Source: Pseudomonadota bacterium (lineage in GTDB: Archaea > Thermoplasmatota > SW-10-69-26 > JACQPN01 > JAJPHT01). From it: 64,000 nt of DNA. Below, in pieces: positions 1 to 9,726 of the stretch. Where the stretch lies: the NCBI GenBank assembly GCA_021325135.1, contig JAJPHT010000046.1:32001-96000 (forward strand), read 5' to 3'. Below the pieces are notes generated by a model that was given only the letters and a program-made list of their open reading frames with translations, did not search any database and was not told the DNA's origin. Position 1 is the stretch's first letter. Each line of letters opens with the position of its first letter. The position numbers were made by a program, and so were the translations under genes.

Positions 1-2
1 CC

Positions 3-611
3 AGCGCGACCGGCGACGTGCTGCGCTCGCTCCACGGGAAGACGCGCGGGCTCGTCGTGGACATCGCGTCGCTGAAGTCGCCCCACGCGGCGGAGCTTCG
101 CGCGCTGGCGGCCTCGGGCGTGCGCGTGGCGAGCCTGCACCCCATGTGGGGCCCTTCGGCGGACCTGCTGGCGGGGCGCAACCTCGTGGTGTGCGACTGC
201 GGGAGCGCGGAGGCGGCGCGCGCGGCGAAGGCGCTCTTCGCCCACACGGCGGCGAACGTCGTGGAGATGCCACTGGAGCAGCATGACGTCTACATGGGCC
301 TCGTGCTGGGGCTGCCGCACGCGGTGAACCTCGCCTTCGGACACGCGCTGGCGTCGCAGCCCATCCCCTTCTCGCAGGTGCGCAGCCTGGGCGGGCCGAC
401 GTTCCAGAAGCAGGTGGCGGTGAGCCGCGAGGTGGCGGGCGAGAACAAGGACCTCTACCACGAGATCCAGCGCCTCAACCCGCACACGGCCGAGGTCCTC
501 GCCCGCCTGCGGCGAAGCCTTGATGAGCTGGAAGCGGCGGTGGCGGACCGCGCCGCCTTCCGCGCCTACATGGCGCGGGCCCAGGCGTTCTACGAAGGGG
601 GCTCCCCATGA
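3..611 (+). CDS. tyrA: Prephenate dehydrogenase, 5'-truncated by window edge
   Basis: Motifs DIASLK, SLHPMWGP and HD..M..VLGLPH. The frame is open from position 3 and the stop overlaps the lysC ATG (ATGA). Confidence 0.85.
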   Translation, partial: SATGDVLRSLHGKTRGLVVDIASLKSPHAAELRALAASGVRVASLHPMWGPSADLLAGRNLVVCDCGSAEAARAAKALFAHTAANVVEMPLEQHDVYMGLVLGLPHAVNLAFGHALASQPIPFSQVRSLGGPTFQKQVAVSREVAGENKDLYHEIQRLNPHTAEVLARLRRSLDELEAAVADRAAFRAYMARAQAFYEGGSP

Positions 612-2020
612 TCGTCATGAAGTTCGGCGGCACGAGCGTCGGGTCGGGCCCCATGCTGGTGCGCGTCTCCGACATCGTCTCCCGCGCGCCCGCGGAGCGC
701 GTCGTCGTCATCAGCGCCATGGCGGGCGTGACCGACGCCATCCTCAACGTCCTGCCCCGCGTGCAGCGCGACGAGGGCGCCATCGAGCCCTTCCTGCGCG
801 AGCTTCTCAACAAGCACCTCGCGGCGCTCCACGACGCGGGCGCCTCGGACGCGGAGGTCGTCAAGGTCACGCAGGAGATCGACGCGCTGCTCCAGCGCTT
901 CGAGCGGCTGCTCTACGGCATCGCGTACACCGAGGAGCTGACCGCCAAGACGAAGGACCTCGCCGTCTCCTTCGGCGAGCGCCTCAGCGTGCGGCTCCTG
1001 GCGGGCGTCCTGCGCACGCGCGGCGTCCCCGCCGAGGCCGTGGACGCCGACGACGCGGGCATGCTCACCGACGGCTCCTTCGGCAACGCCACGCCCATCA
1101 TGAGCGCCATCGAGCGCAACCTGGAGCGCAGCCTCGTGGGCCGCCTCCGGAACGGCGTCACGCCCGTGCTCACCGGCTTCTTCGGCTGCGACGCCATGGG
1201 CCGCGTCACCACCTTCGGGCGCGGCGGCAGCGACTACGCGGCGGCCATCGTCGCGGCCGCGCTGCGCGCCAACCGCCTTGAGGTGTGGAAGGACGTGGAC
1301 GGCTTCCTCACGGCGGACCCGCGCATCCTCAAGGACGCGCAGCCCATTGCCGAGATGACCTACGACGAGGCCGCGGAATTGGCCGGCGTGGGCGCCAAGG
1401 TGCTGCACCCGCGCACCGTGGAGCCGCTCAAGGACCTCCACGTCCCCATCCTGGTGCGCAACACTCAGCAGCCCGAGGTGCAGGGCACGCTCATCACGGG
1501 CGTCGCCAGCGTGTCGCGCAACGCGCTGCGCAGCGCCGCCACCAAGGACGGCCTCGCGATCCTGAAGATCTACGGCCCCGGCATGGCGTACACGCCCGGC
1601 ATCGGCCAGAAGGTGTTCGACGCGCTGGCCAAGGCCAAGGTCAACGTCTACAACATGGCCGCCTCGCAGGCGAGCTTCGCGCTCCTCATCGAGGAGAGCG
1701 ACCTGGACCGCGGCCTCAAGGCGCTGGAGTCCATCCGCGAGGGCACCATCCAGAGCGTGGAAGGCATAACCGACATGACGCTCATCTGCGTCGTGGGCCG
1801 CGGCATCGGCAGCACCTTCGGCACCAGCGGCAAGATCTTCACCGCGGTGGGCAAGGCGGGCGTCAACATCGAGATGATCTCGGTGGGCGCCTCCGACATC
1901 GCGCTCAACTTCGTCGTGAAAAGGAAGGATCGCGATGCCTGCGTGCGGGCGATCCACCACGAGTTCCTCTTCGAGCGGCCCGCGCCGGGGCCCACCGAGC
2001 CGGCGCACTCCCCCCGGTGA
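608..2020 (+). CDS. lysC: Aspartate kinase with two ACT domains
   Basis: MIVMKFGGTSV, VISAMAGVTD, GRGGSDY, DVDGFLTADPR, GAKVLHP and C-terminal ACT repeats. Confidence 0.97.
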   Translation: MIVMKFGGTSVGSGPMLVRVSDIVSRAPAERVVVISAMAGVTDAILNVLPRVQRDEGAIEPFLRELLNKHLAALHDAGASDAEVVKVTQEIDALLQRFERLLYGIAYTEELTAKTKDLAVSFGERLSVRLLAGVLRTRGVPAEAVDADDAGMLTDGSFGNATPIMSAIERNLERSLVGRLRNGVTPVLTGFFGCDAMGRVTTFGRGGSDYAAAIVAAALRANRLEVWKDVDGFLTADPRILKDAQPIAEMTYDEAAELAGVGAKVLHPRTVEPLKDLHVPILVRNTQQPEVQGTLITGVASVSRNALRSAATKDGLAILKIYGPGMAYTPGIGQKVFDALAKAKVNVYNMAASQASFALLIEESDLDRGLKALESIREGTIQSVEGITDMTLICVVGRGIGSTFGTSGKIFTAVGKAGVNIEMISVGASDIALNFVVKRKDRDACVRAIHHEFLFERPAPGPTEPAHSPR

Positions 2021-2024
2021 AGCC

Positions 2025-2159
2025 ATGATCGACAAGGGTCCAAAGAACGCGACGAGCGCAAAGAGCGCGAAGGACGCGACGAAAGGAAACATCGCGACCT
2101 TGGCGCTCTTTGCGCTCGTCGCGTTCTTTGGACCCGAGCCAGCAGGTGACCCATCATGA
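2025..2159 (+). CDS. Possible 44-aa mini-ORF spanning the palindrome (MIDKGPKNATSAKSAKDATKGN...)
   Basis: ATG lies 4 nt after the lysC stop (within GGTGA), and its TGA overlaps the asd ATG (ATGA). No recognisable protein family. Confidence 0.35.
   Translation: MIDKGPKNATSAKSAKDATKGNIATLALFALVAFFGPEPAGDPS
2036..2135. repeat. Intergenic inverted repeat with perfect 33-bp arms built from 9-nt periodic units
   Basis: 2036-2068 GGGTCCAAAGAACGCGACGAGCGCAAAGAGCGC is the exact reverse complement of 2103-2135; the stem extends 11 bp inward with 2 mismatches. Confidence 0.95.
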
Positions 2160-3193
2160 CCCAGACCGTGAAGGTAGGAATCCTCGGCGCCACCGGCATG
2201 GTGGGCCAGCGCTTCGCGACGCTCCTGGACAACCACCCCTACTTCCGCGTGACCGAGGTCGTGGCCTCGGAGCGCAGCGCGGGGAAGCTCTACCGCGACG
2301 CCGCGACGTGGGTCGTGGACGACCCCATGCCCGCGTGGATCCGCGACATGCGCGTGAAGACGCCCGCGGACGACCTGGACGTGGACCTCGTCTTCAGCGC
2401 CATCCCCGGCGGCAAGGCGGGCCCGTTGGAGACCTCTCTGGCAGAGCGCGGCATCCACGTCTTCAGCAACGCCCGCGACCACCGCTGGGACGCCGACGTG
2501 CCGCTCCTCCTCCCCGAGGTCAACCCCGAGCACCTCTCGCTGGTGGAGCGCCAGAAGACGCCCGGCAAGATCGTCACCAACGGCAACTGCTCCACCATCA
2601 CCGCCGTCATGTCGCTGAAGCCCCTGCACGACGTGTTCGGGCTGCGGCGCGTCTTCTTCGCGACGTACCAGGCCGTGAGCGGCGCTGGCTACCCTGGCGT
2701 GCCCTCGCTGGCGATCATGAACAACGTGATCCCCTACATCGGGGGCGAGGAGGAGAAGATGGAGAAGGAGACGCGCCGGTTCCTGGGCTCCATCTCCCCC
2801 GAGGGCGTGGCGCTGGCGGACGTGGGCGTCTCCGCGACGTGCGTCCGCGTGCCCGTGCAGGAGGGGCACACCGTCGCCGTCACCGCGGAGTTCCGCAGCA
2901 AGCCCACGCCCGAGGAGGCCGCCGAGGCGCTCCGCACGTGGCAGGGCGTCCCGCAGAAGCTCAAGCTCCCCAGCGCGCCGCAGCGCCCCGTCATCGTGCG
3001 CGCCGAGGCCGACCGCCCCCAGCCTCGCAAGGACGTGTACGCCGAGAAGGGCATGGCCGTGAGCGTGGGCCGCCTGCGCGCGGACGCGCTGCTGGACCTC
3101 AAGTGGATCGCCAGCGGCAGCAACACCATCCGCGGCGCGGCGGGCTCCAACGTGCTTGGCGCGGAGCTCTTCGTCGCGGAGAAGCGGCTCTGA
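2156..3193 (+). CDS. asd: Aspartate-semialdehyde dehydrogenase (archaeal/fungal type)
   Basis: ILGATGMVGQRF, PEVNPEHL, NGNCST catalytic Cys, QAVSGAGYPG, RVPVQEGH, NTIRGAAG. Confidence 0.97.
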   Translation: MTQTVKVGILGATGMVGQRFATLLDNHPYFRVTEVVASERSAGKLYRDAATWVVDDPMPAWIRDMRVKTPADDLDVDLVFSAIPGGKAGPLETSLAERGIHVFSNARDHRWDADVPLLLPEVNPEHLSLVERQKTPGKIVTNGNCSTITAVMSLKPLHDVFGLRRVFFATYQAVSGAGYPGVPSLAIMNNVIPYIGGEEEKMEKETRRFLGSISPEGVALADVGVSATCVRVPVQEGHTVAVTAEFRSKPTPEEAAEALRTWQGVPQKLKLPSAPQRPVIVRAEADRPQPRKDVYAEKGMAVSVGRLRADALLDLKWIASGSNTIRGAAGSNVLGAELFVAEKRL

Positions 3194-3199
3194 GGCGCC

Positions 3200-3688
3200 C
3201 TACGCGCCCTGGGCGCACGGGGAGGCGAGGACCTCGACCAGGCTGTTGACGCTGGCGATGCCGTAGTCGGCCGCGTTGTTCACGATGACGAAGGCGCCGG
3301 AGACGACGCCGCTGGTGTCGGTCACGACGGCGCTGGCGTCCGCCTGCGTCGCGGCCACCTCGTCGACGAAGAGCTGGTCCGTCGCCGCGAAGGGGCCCTC
3401 CTGCGCGACGTTCCCCGGGTAGGCCGCGACGTTCTGGCCGGTCGCGTCGCCCCACGCCGCCTGCTGGCTGACGTCGTACGTGGCGTGGCCCGCGACGTAC
3501 TCGGGGAGGGGGAGGAGGGACTGCGTGGTGGTGAGGATGCCGTTGGCCGTGGTGACGGCCCACTCGTCAAGGGCCAGGATGGTCCCCACCGTGCACGGGT
3601 TCACGACGGTGGGCGAGGCGCTGGCGGCGGGGACCGCGACGAAGGTGGCGGCGGCAAGCAGGATGAGCGCAGCAAGTGAAGCCTTCAT
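3200..3688 (-). CDS. Secreted hypothetical protein (162 aa)
   Basis: Start reassigned to ATG 3688 (MKASLAALILLAAATFVAVPAASA signal peptide); GC3-biased codons. Confidence 0.75.
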   Translation of the reverse strand: MKASLAALILLAAATFVAVPAASASPTVVNPCTVGTILALDEWAVTTANGILTTTQSLLPLPEYVAGHATYDVSQQAAWGDATGQNVAAYPGNVAQEGPFAATDQLFVDEVAATQADASAVVTDTSGVVSGAFVIVNNAADYGIASVNSLVEVLASPCAQGA

Positions 3689-3834
3689 GGGTAGCACAAC
3701 CCGGCCCCGCCAGCGACCTGCGCGAGGATAGCCCTTTCGCGGGAGCGTCCCGGATGGAGGATTCCTGTGAATCCGGCCGGTCGATGCGGCCAGCCACAAC
3801 AACGGCTTTCTGGGGGTGGCGGCGGTGCGGAGGC

Positions 3835-5361
3835 ATGGCCCCCGTCCGCTTCGCCCTCGCCCTGGTCGCCCTTCTTCTCGCCGGGTGCGCCGCGCCCGCG
3901 GCCACTCCCGAGAAGACGGCCTCGGTGGCGTCGGGCTCGGCGCCCTCCACGCTGGGCGTCGTCCACGCGCTGGGCAACGCGACGCTCCCGCCCGACGCGG
4001 CCGCCAAGGCCATCCCCGCACGGGGGCTCCAGCTCTCCACGGGCGTGGGTGGCGGCGAGCCCACCATGGGCGTGGACAGCAAGGGGCGCCTCTTCGCGGA
4101 GGCGTTCAAGGACGGCGAGCCCACCATCATGCTCTCCCAGGACCACGGCTTCACGTGGAAGGACGTGGGCCCCACGCTCCCCACGGGCCAGCACCTCCCG
4201 CCCCAGACGTTCGATCCGTACATGTACCTCGACCCCACCACCGGCCGCGTCTACAAGAACGAGAACGACCTCCAGTGCGCGGTCCTCTCGTGGAGCGACG
4301 ACGCGGGCGCGTCGTGGACCACGAGCCCCGTGGGGTGCGGCGTCGGCGCGGGCGTCCCCATCGCGGACCACCAGAGCATGGTCGCCGCCAAGCCGCGGAT
4401 GCTCCCCGTGAGCCCGCTCTACCCCAACGTCGTCTATTCCTGCACCAACACGGGCGCCACCACCGAGTGCGCGACCTCGCTCAACGGCGGGTACACGTTC
4501 GGGCCCGTGGTGACGGTCTTCCCCCAGACGACCGACCCCAACGACTGCGCCGGCGACACGCTGGGCCACCCCGTCACCGACAAGGACGGGCGCGTCTTCG
4601 TGGCCCACGGCGGCTGCAACCGCTGGCCCACCATCGGCGTGACCGAGGACGACGGCCTCACCTGGACCTCCCACGTCATCACCAAGGACTCCGCGGTCAT
4701 CGACAGCCCCGTGGTCCACGACGTGAACCTCGCCGTGGACGACAACGGCACCGTCTACGCGGGCTGGATCAGCGACAAGGGCCTGCCCACCTACTCGTGG
4801 AGCGCGGACCACGGCGTCAAGTGGTCCCCCGCCACCGTCGTCTCGCCCCCCGACGTCACCGCCGCCGCGTTCCCCGCCCTCGCCGCGGGGGCCGACGGCC
4901 GCCTCGTCTTCGCCTACATCGCCACCACCATCCCCGGCGGGTACGAAGGCAAGGAGACCGGCCCCGCGGGCACCGTCACCGACATCGCCTCCCCCTCCCA
5001 GGACCCGCCCGAGTGGGCCAACGCCTCTTGGAACGCCTACCTCACCGTGCTCCCCAGCGCCAAGGACGCGAGCCCCGTGGCCACCACCGTCATCGCCAAC
5101 GACCCCAAGGACCCCCTCGCCCGCGGCGTCTGCGGCAAGACGCGCTGCGGCGGCATGGACGACTTCATCGACGCCGTCATCGACCCTGAGGGCCGCCCCT
5201 ACGCGGTCTTCGTCGACGCGTGCAACGAGAAGTGCTCCACCGACCCCACCGTCCACAAGATGGGCAACGTCCTCACCGTGGGCACCCTGGCGGAAGGGCC
5301 CGCGCTGCGCGGCGAGCTGAAGGCGCTTCTCCCCCTGGCGAAGCCTTCAACCCCCTCGTAA
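3835..5361 (+). CDS. Sialidase-like (BNR/Asp-box beta-propeller) lipoprotein
   Basis: Lipobox LLAGC; Asp-boxes SQDHGFTW, SDDAGASW, SLNGGYTF, TEDDGLTW, SADHGVKW. Confidence 0.85.
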   Translation: MAPVRFALALVALLLAGCAAPAATPEKTASVASGSAPSTLGVVHALGNATLPPDAAAKAIPARGLQLSTGVGGGEPTMGVDSKGRLFAEAFKDGEPTIMLSQDHGFTWKDVGPTLPTGQHLPPQTFDPYMYLDPTTGRVYKNENDLQCAVLSWSDDAGASWTTSPVGCGVGAGVPIADHQSMVAAKPRMLPVSPLYPNVVYSCTNTGATTECATSLNGGYTFGPVVTVFPQTTDPNDCAGDTLGHPVTDKDGRVFVAHGGCNRWPTIGVTEDDGLTWTSHVITKDSAVIDSPVVHDVNLAVDDNGTVYAGWISDKGLPTYSWSADHGVKWSPATVVSPPDVTAAAFPALAAGADGRLVFAYIATTIPGGYEGKETGPAGTVTDIASPSQDPPEWANASWNAYLTVLPSAKDASPVATTVIANDPKDPLARGVCGKTRCGGMDDFIDAVIDPEGRPYAVFVDACNEKCSTDPTVHKMGNVLTVGTLAEGPALRGELKALLPLAKPSTPS

Positions 5362-5418
5362 CGAGGCCCCCGGGGCGCCGCGTAACACCCAAGTAGGGGC
5401 CCTGGAAGAAGGCATGGG

Positions 5419-6204
5419 GTGCGCGCGCTCCGCGTCGTCAGCTACAACGTCGGCGGCTCCTCCCGCTGGAAGGACCAGGGCGCGTGGACCCAGGCCATCT
5501 GCTCCGCCGTCGCGGAGGCCCGGCCCGACCTCCTGGCGATGCAGGAGATCCGCGCCCGCGTGGCTCCTGGCCTTGTGGCGGGCCTCGCGAGGATCGGCCT
5601 GGTCCCTGGCGATGGCGGCGCGCGCGAGCGCGTCTTCTATCGCCCCGGCTCCCTCAGGCCCCAGGGCCACCGGAGGGAGCGCGTCGACGCCCAGAGCGAG
5701 GACGGAGGAGAACGCTTCCTCAACTGGAGCCGCTGGGCCTCTTCGGAGGGGTTCTCGTTCTCCCTCTGCAACGTCCACCTCGTCGGGGCCGCGAACAAGG
5801 CCGCCGCTGCGAGGCAGATCGCGGACTCGGAGCCCTCCGAGGCGGCCATCATCGCGGGCGACTTCAACCTGCTCAGCTCGCACTACGTGCACGGCCACCT
5901 GAGCGCCGCGGGCTGGCAGGACGCTGCGCTCTCTGCCCTGGTGGGGGATGCGGGACCCACCATCCACCGCCACGGCGCCGCGAAGAGGAGGCGGGTGGAC
6001 TGGATTCTCGCCCCCTTCCCGTGGGCTCCGCGGGCGTATGGAGTCCGGCGCCTTGCCGACGTGGCCCTGGAGCCAAGCGACCATCACCCCATCTGGGCCG
6101 ACCTCGCCTGGGATCCTCTGGGGACGTGGAGCGCCCAAGGGCTCTCCTCTCCAGGAAACCCTGCGTTCTCTCCTAGGGGAAGGCCACCCGCAACCCCCAA
6201 GTAG
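5419..6204 (+). CDS. Endonuclease/exonuclease/phosphatase (EEP) family protein
   Basis: VVSYNV, DLLAMQE, NVHL, IIAGDFN, RVDWIL and SDHHPI motifs. Confidence 0.88.
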   Translation: MRALRVVSYNVGGSSRWKDQGAWTQAICSAVAEARPDLLAMQEIRARVAPGLVAGLARIGLVPGDGGARERVFYRPGSLRPQGHRRERVDAQSEDGGERFLNWSRWASSEGFSFSLCNVHLVGAANKAAAARQIADSEPSEAAIIAGDFNLLSSHYVHGHLSAAGWQDAALSALVGDAGPTIHRHGAAKRRRVDWILAPFPWAPRAYGVRRLADVALEPSDHHPIWADLAWDPLGTWSAQGLSSPGNPAFSPRGRPPATPK

Positions 6205-6225
6205 CCAAGCCGGCTCTGCCCGCGC

Positions 6226-7548
6226 GTGCCGAAGGACCTGCGCGTGGCCACGGGCCCCGCCGCGCTCCGCGGGAAGCCCATCACGCTGCGCCTCGACGGT
6301 CGCGCCATCAGGGCCTTCGAAGGGGAGACCGTGGGCGCGGCGCTCCACGCCGCGGGCGAGCGCGTCCTCATGCGCTCCATCAAGTACCACCGCCCGCGGG
6401 GCCTCTTCTGCTGCACCGGCAAGTGCGCGGGTTGCCTCATGCGCGTGGACGGCACGCCCAACGTGCGCGCCTGCGTGACGCCCGCCCACGACGGCATGGT
6501 CGTCGAGACGCAGAACGCCTTCCCCAGCGCGCGGCGCGACCTCTTCGCCGTCGTGGACAAGGCGTACCCGCGCGTGCTGGACGTCCACGAGCAGCTCGCC
6601 CGCGCGCCGCTGCTGCGCCCGATCCACCACGCCATCGTGCGCCGCATGGCCGGCTTCGGCAAGCTCCCCGACCTCAAGCCCGTTCCCCCCCGGAGGCCCG
6701 CCATCCGCCCGCTGGAGGCCGACGTGCTCGTGGCCGGCGGCGGGCCCAGCGGCCTCGCCGCCGCGCTCGCCGCCGCAGAGGCGGGCGCCCGCGTCGCGCT
6801 GGTGGACGAGGGCGACCGCGTGGGCGGCTCGCTCCTCCTCACCTCCGACGACGAGGGGCGCCACGGCGCCGCCCGCGCCGAAGAGACGCTCCAGCGCCTC
6901 CGCGCCGCGGGCGCCACCGTGCTCCCGCGCTCCGTCGTCTTCGGCCTCTACGGCACCGACGGCCACGGCGACGCGCTCCCCGCCCCCGGCCTCGCCGCCA
7001 TCCTCACCCCCGAGCGCATCCTGGAATGCAGCCCCCGCACGGTCATCGTCGCGTCCGGCGCCCACGAGACGCCGCCCCTCTTCCCCGGCAACGATCTCCC
7101 AGGCGTGATGGGCGCCCGCGCGGCGCTGATCCTCCTCCACCGCCACGGCGTCCTCGCGGGGGAGCGCATCCTCGTCTCGGGCGAGAGCGCCTGGAGGCGC
7201 GCCGCCGCCGACGACCTTGCCAAGGCCGGCGCCGAGATCGTCTCCGCCCCCGGCGCGCGCGTCGCCGAGGCCCGCGGAGGCCGCCGCGTCGAGTCCGTCG
7301 CGCTATCAAAAGGGGAGGAGACGTGGAGCGAGGAGGTGGACTGCGTCCTGGCCGCCGGCAACGAGACGCCGCGCGTGGAGCTCGTGCAGCAGGCCGGAGG
7401 CCGCCTCGTCGCGCAGGGGTGGGCCTTGGCGCCCGAGGGCGAGCGCGCGGCGCCGCGCGTCTTCGCGTGCGGCAGCGTGCTCGGGCCCGCCACGCTGGCC
7501 GAGCGCCTCGCGCAGGGCGCGCGCGTGGGCCGGGAGGCGGCCCGATGA
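6226..7548 (+). CDS. Sarcosine oxidase/L-proline dehydrogenase alpha-like subunit (2Fe-2S + FAD)
   Basis: GETVGAAL..RSIKYHRPRGLFCCTGKCAGCLMRVDG..NVRAC; GGGPSG Rossmann motif; FPGNDLPGV. Confidence 0.9.
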   Translation: MPKDLRVATGPAALRGKPITLRLDGRAIRAFEGETVGAALHAAGERVLMRSIKYHRPRGLFCCTGKCAGCLMRVDGTPNVRACVTPAHDGMVVETQNAFPSARRDLFAVVDKAYPRVLDVHEQLARAPLLRPIHHAIVRRMAGFGKLPDLKPVPPRRPAIRPLEADVLVAGGGPSGLAAALAAAEAGARVALVDEGDRVGGSLLLTSDDEGRHGAARAEETLQRLRAAGATVLPRSVVFGLYGTDGHGDALPAPGLAAILTPERILECSPRTVIVASGAHETPPLFPGNDLPGVMGARAALILLHRHGVLAGERILVSGESAWRRAAADDLAKAGAEIVSAPGARVAEARGGRRVESVALSKGEETWSEEVDCVLAAGNETPRVELVQQAGGRLVAQGWALAPEGERAAPRVFACGSVLGPATLAERLAQGARVGREAAR

Positions 7549-7826
7549 CCACGCCCAAGCGCATCGTCTGCGCCTGCGAGGACGTGAACGACGTCGAGCT
7601 TCGCGAGGCCATCGAGGCGGGCTGCGCGGACCTGGAGAGCCTCAAGCGCCTGACCGGCTTCGCCACCGGCCCCTGCCAGGGGAAGACGTGCCTGACGCTC
7701 GCGCGCCAGATGCTCGCCGAGGCCACCGGCGCCACGCCCGAGGCCGTGGGCGCCATCACCTTTCGCCCGCCCGTCCAGCCCATCCCCCTGCGCTACCTCG
7801 CGGGCCAGGAGGGGGACGAGGCGTGA
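7545..7826 (+). CDS. BFD-like (2Fe-2S)-binding small subunit
   Basis: IVCACEDV..LKRLTGFATGPCQGKTC..RPPVQP; ATGA overlap with the upstream gene. Confidence 0.9.
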   Translation: MTTPKRIVCACEDVNDVELREAIEAGCADLESLKRLTGFATGPCQGKTCLTLARQMLAEATGATPEAVGAITFRPPVQPIPLRYLAGQEGDEA

Positions 7827-9046
7827 CGGGCCGCTTCAGCACCGAGGGGCCCCTCAAGGAACGATATCAGGTCGTCGTCGTGGGCGGCGGCGTCAACGGC
7901 TTGGGCGTCGCGCGGCACCTGGCCCTGGCGGGCGTCACCGACGTGCTGGTGCTGGAGAAGAGCTACCTCCTGCATGGCGCCAGCGGAAGGAACGGCGGCG
8001 GCGTGCGCGCCCAGTGGGGCACGATGGACAACCTCGTCCTGGCCCGCGACAGCATCCCCATGTTCCGCCACATGAGCGCGGAATTGGGGTTCAACGTCTG
8101 GTTCCGCCAAGGGGGCTATCTTTTCCTCGCGCACGACGAGGAGAAGGCCAAGGCCCTCGCGGACGTGGTGCGCTTCCACAACGCCAACGGCGTCAACAGC
8201 CGCCTCGTCGACCCCACCGAGGCGCACGTCCTCGTGCCCGACCTCAACGCCCAGGGCGTCGTCGCCGCGAGCTATCACCCTGGCGACGGCATCATCTTCC
8301 CGTGGGCCGTCGTGCAGGGGCTCGCGAAGCGCTGCGTCGAGCTTGGCGTGGACGTGCGCACCTTCACCGGCGCCACGGGCTTCGCCATGAAGGGGGGCCG
8401 CATCGTGGGCGTCGAGACGACGCGCGGCCGCGTCCACGGCGACAGCCGGGGACAGGACGGATCGGGGTCCGTCCGTGTCGAGTGCGAGACCGTCGTCAAC
8501 GCCGCGGGCTGCTGGAGCCGCGAGGTGGCCGCCCTCGCCGGCGTCGCGCTCCCCAACACGCCCGTGCGCCACGAGATCCTCGTCACCGAGGCGCTGAAGC
8601 CCTTCCTCGACCCCATGCTGGTGGACCTGCGCAACGGGCTCTACTGCAGCCAGGACATGCGGGGAGAGCTTGTCTGCGGCATCGGCATGCCCGGCGAGAA
8701 GCCCGGCGTCAGCTTCGCCAGCAGCTTCGCCTTCACGAAGCGCGTCGCCTCCGCGCTCCTGGACGTGCTCCCCTCGGTGGGCGACGTGAAGGTCATGCGC
8801 CAATGGGCGGGCGCCTACGACGTGACGCCCGACAACAAGCCCATCCTTGGCCCCTCGCCCGGCGTCGAGAACCTCGTGCAGCTCAACGGCGCGTCGGGCC
8901 ACGGCTTCATGATCTCGCCCATGACGACGCGCATCGTTGCGGACGTCATCCTGGGGCGCAAGCCGCCCGTGGACCTGGCGCCCTACCGCCTGGACCGCTT
9001 CGGCCCGGGGTGGCAGCCGGAGCCCGAGACCCTGGTCATCGGGTGA
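7823..9046 (+). CDS. FAD-dependent oxidoreductase, sarcosine oxidase beta/proline dehydrogenase beta family
   Basis: VVGGGVNG, GASGRNGGGVRAQW, VNAAGCWS, WAGAYDVTPD, GHGFMISP; GTGA overlap start. Confidence 0.92.
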   Translation: MTGRFSTEGPLKERYQVVVVGGGVNGLGVARHLALAGVTDVLVLEKSYLLHGASGRNGGGVRAQWGTMDNLVLARDSIPMFRHMSAELGFNVWFRQGGYLFLAHDEEKAKALADVVRFHNANGVNSRLVDPTEAHVLVPDLNAQGVVAASYHPGDGIIFPWAVVQGLAKRCVELGVDVRTFTGATGFAMKGGRIVGVETTRGRVHGDSRGQDGSGSVRVECETVVNAAGCWSREVAALAGVALPNTPVRHEILVTEALKPFLDPMLVDLRNGLYCSQDMRGELVCGIGMPGEKPGVSFASSFAFTKRVASALLDVLPSVGDVKVMRQWAGAYDVTPDNKPILGPSPGVENLVQLNGASGHGFMISPMTTRIVADVILGRKPPVDLAPYRLDRFGPGWQPEPETLVIG

Positions 9047-9191
9047 GCCGCCGCGAGTGGATCATCTCCCCCACGGAGAGGGCGATGCCGCCGGCGGCGA
9101 GGCACGCGGCGGTGAAGGGGACGACGAACGCCGCGGCGAGGGCCACGGCGCCGGCCGCGAAGGCGGCTGCTTCGGTGCGCACCATGTCCAT
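9036..9191 (-). CDS. Small hydrophobic membrane peptide (51 aa)
   Basis: MDMVRTEAAAFAAGAVALAAAFVVPFTAACLAAGGIALSVGEM has two hydrophobic segments. Confidence 0.45.
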   Translation of the reverse strand: MDMVRTEAAAFAAGAVALAAAFVVPFTAACLAAGGIALSVGEMIHSRRLTR

Positions 9192-9261
9192 GCCAAGGCC
9201 TCGCATGCGGCACCCGCGAAGGGGCGCATAACGGTTGGGGCGCACTTGTCGACGGGCGCCG

Positions 9262-9726
9262 TCAATCGGGGCCCCGGGGCGCCACCCGGGCGAAGAGGTC
9301 CACGTCGACAGGTCCGGCGTCCCGCCACGCGGCGGCGAGCCGCCCCTCCTTCCGGAAGCCCAGCGCCTCCAGCGCGTCCGCCGTCGCGCGGTCGTCCGCC
9401 CGCACGCGCGCCTCCAGCCGGTCCAGCGCAAGCTCCTCCCCTGCGTAGCGGACGACGAGAGCGAGCGCCTCGCGGGCCCTGGCGGCGTCGGCCCCCGGGG
9501 CGAGGGCGCCCACCAGCGCGGCGCGGCGCGCGATCCAGTCCACGTCCTTCAGGGCGAGGCTCCCCTCGGTGGCGCCCCCGTGCGCGGCGGCCCACACGAC
9601 GCCGATCTCCCCCTCCAGGTCCGCGCCCGCGGGGAGGAGCCACGCGCGGCGCGACGTCTCGAAGCCGGGGTCCGCCGCGTCGGGGGCCAGCACGTCGACG
9701 CGCGGCCCGCGCAGGAAGACGCTCAC
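9262..9726 (-). CDS. GNAT family (RimJ/RimL-like) protein, degenerate
   Basis: GTG start overlaps the upstream stop; DWIARRA, LDRLEARV and LGFRKEGRL. Confidence 0.75.
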   Translation of the reverse strand: MSVFLRGPRVDVLAPDAADPGFETSRRAWLLPAGADLEGEIGVVWAAAHGGATEGSLALKDVDWIARRAALVGALAPGADAARAREALALVVRYAGEELALDRLEARVRADDRATADALEALGFRKEGRLAAAWRDAGPVDVDLFARVAPRGPD

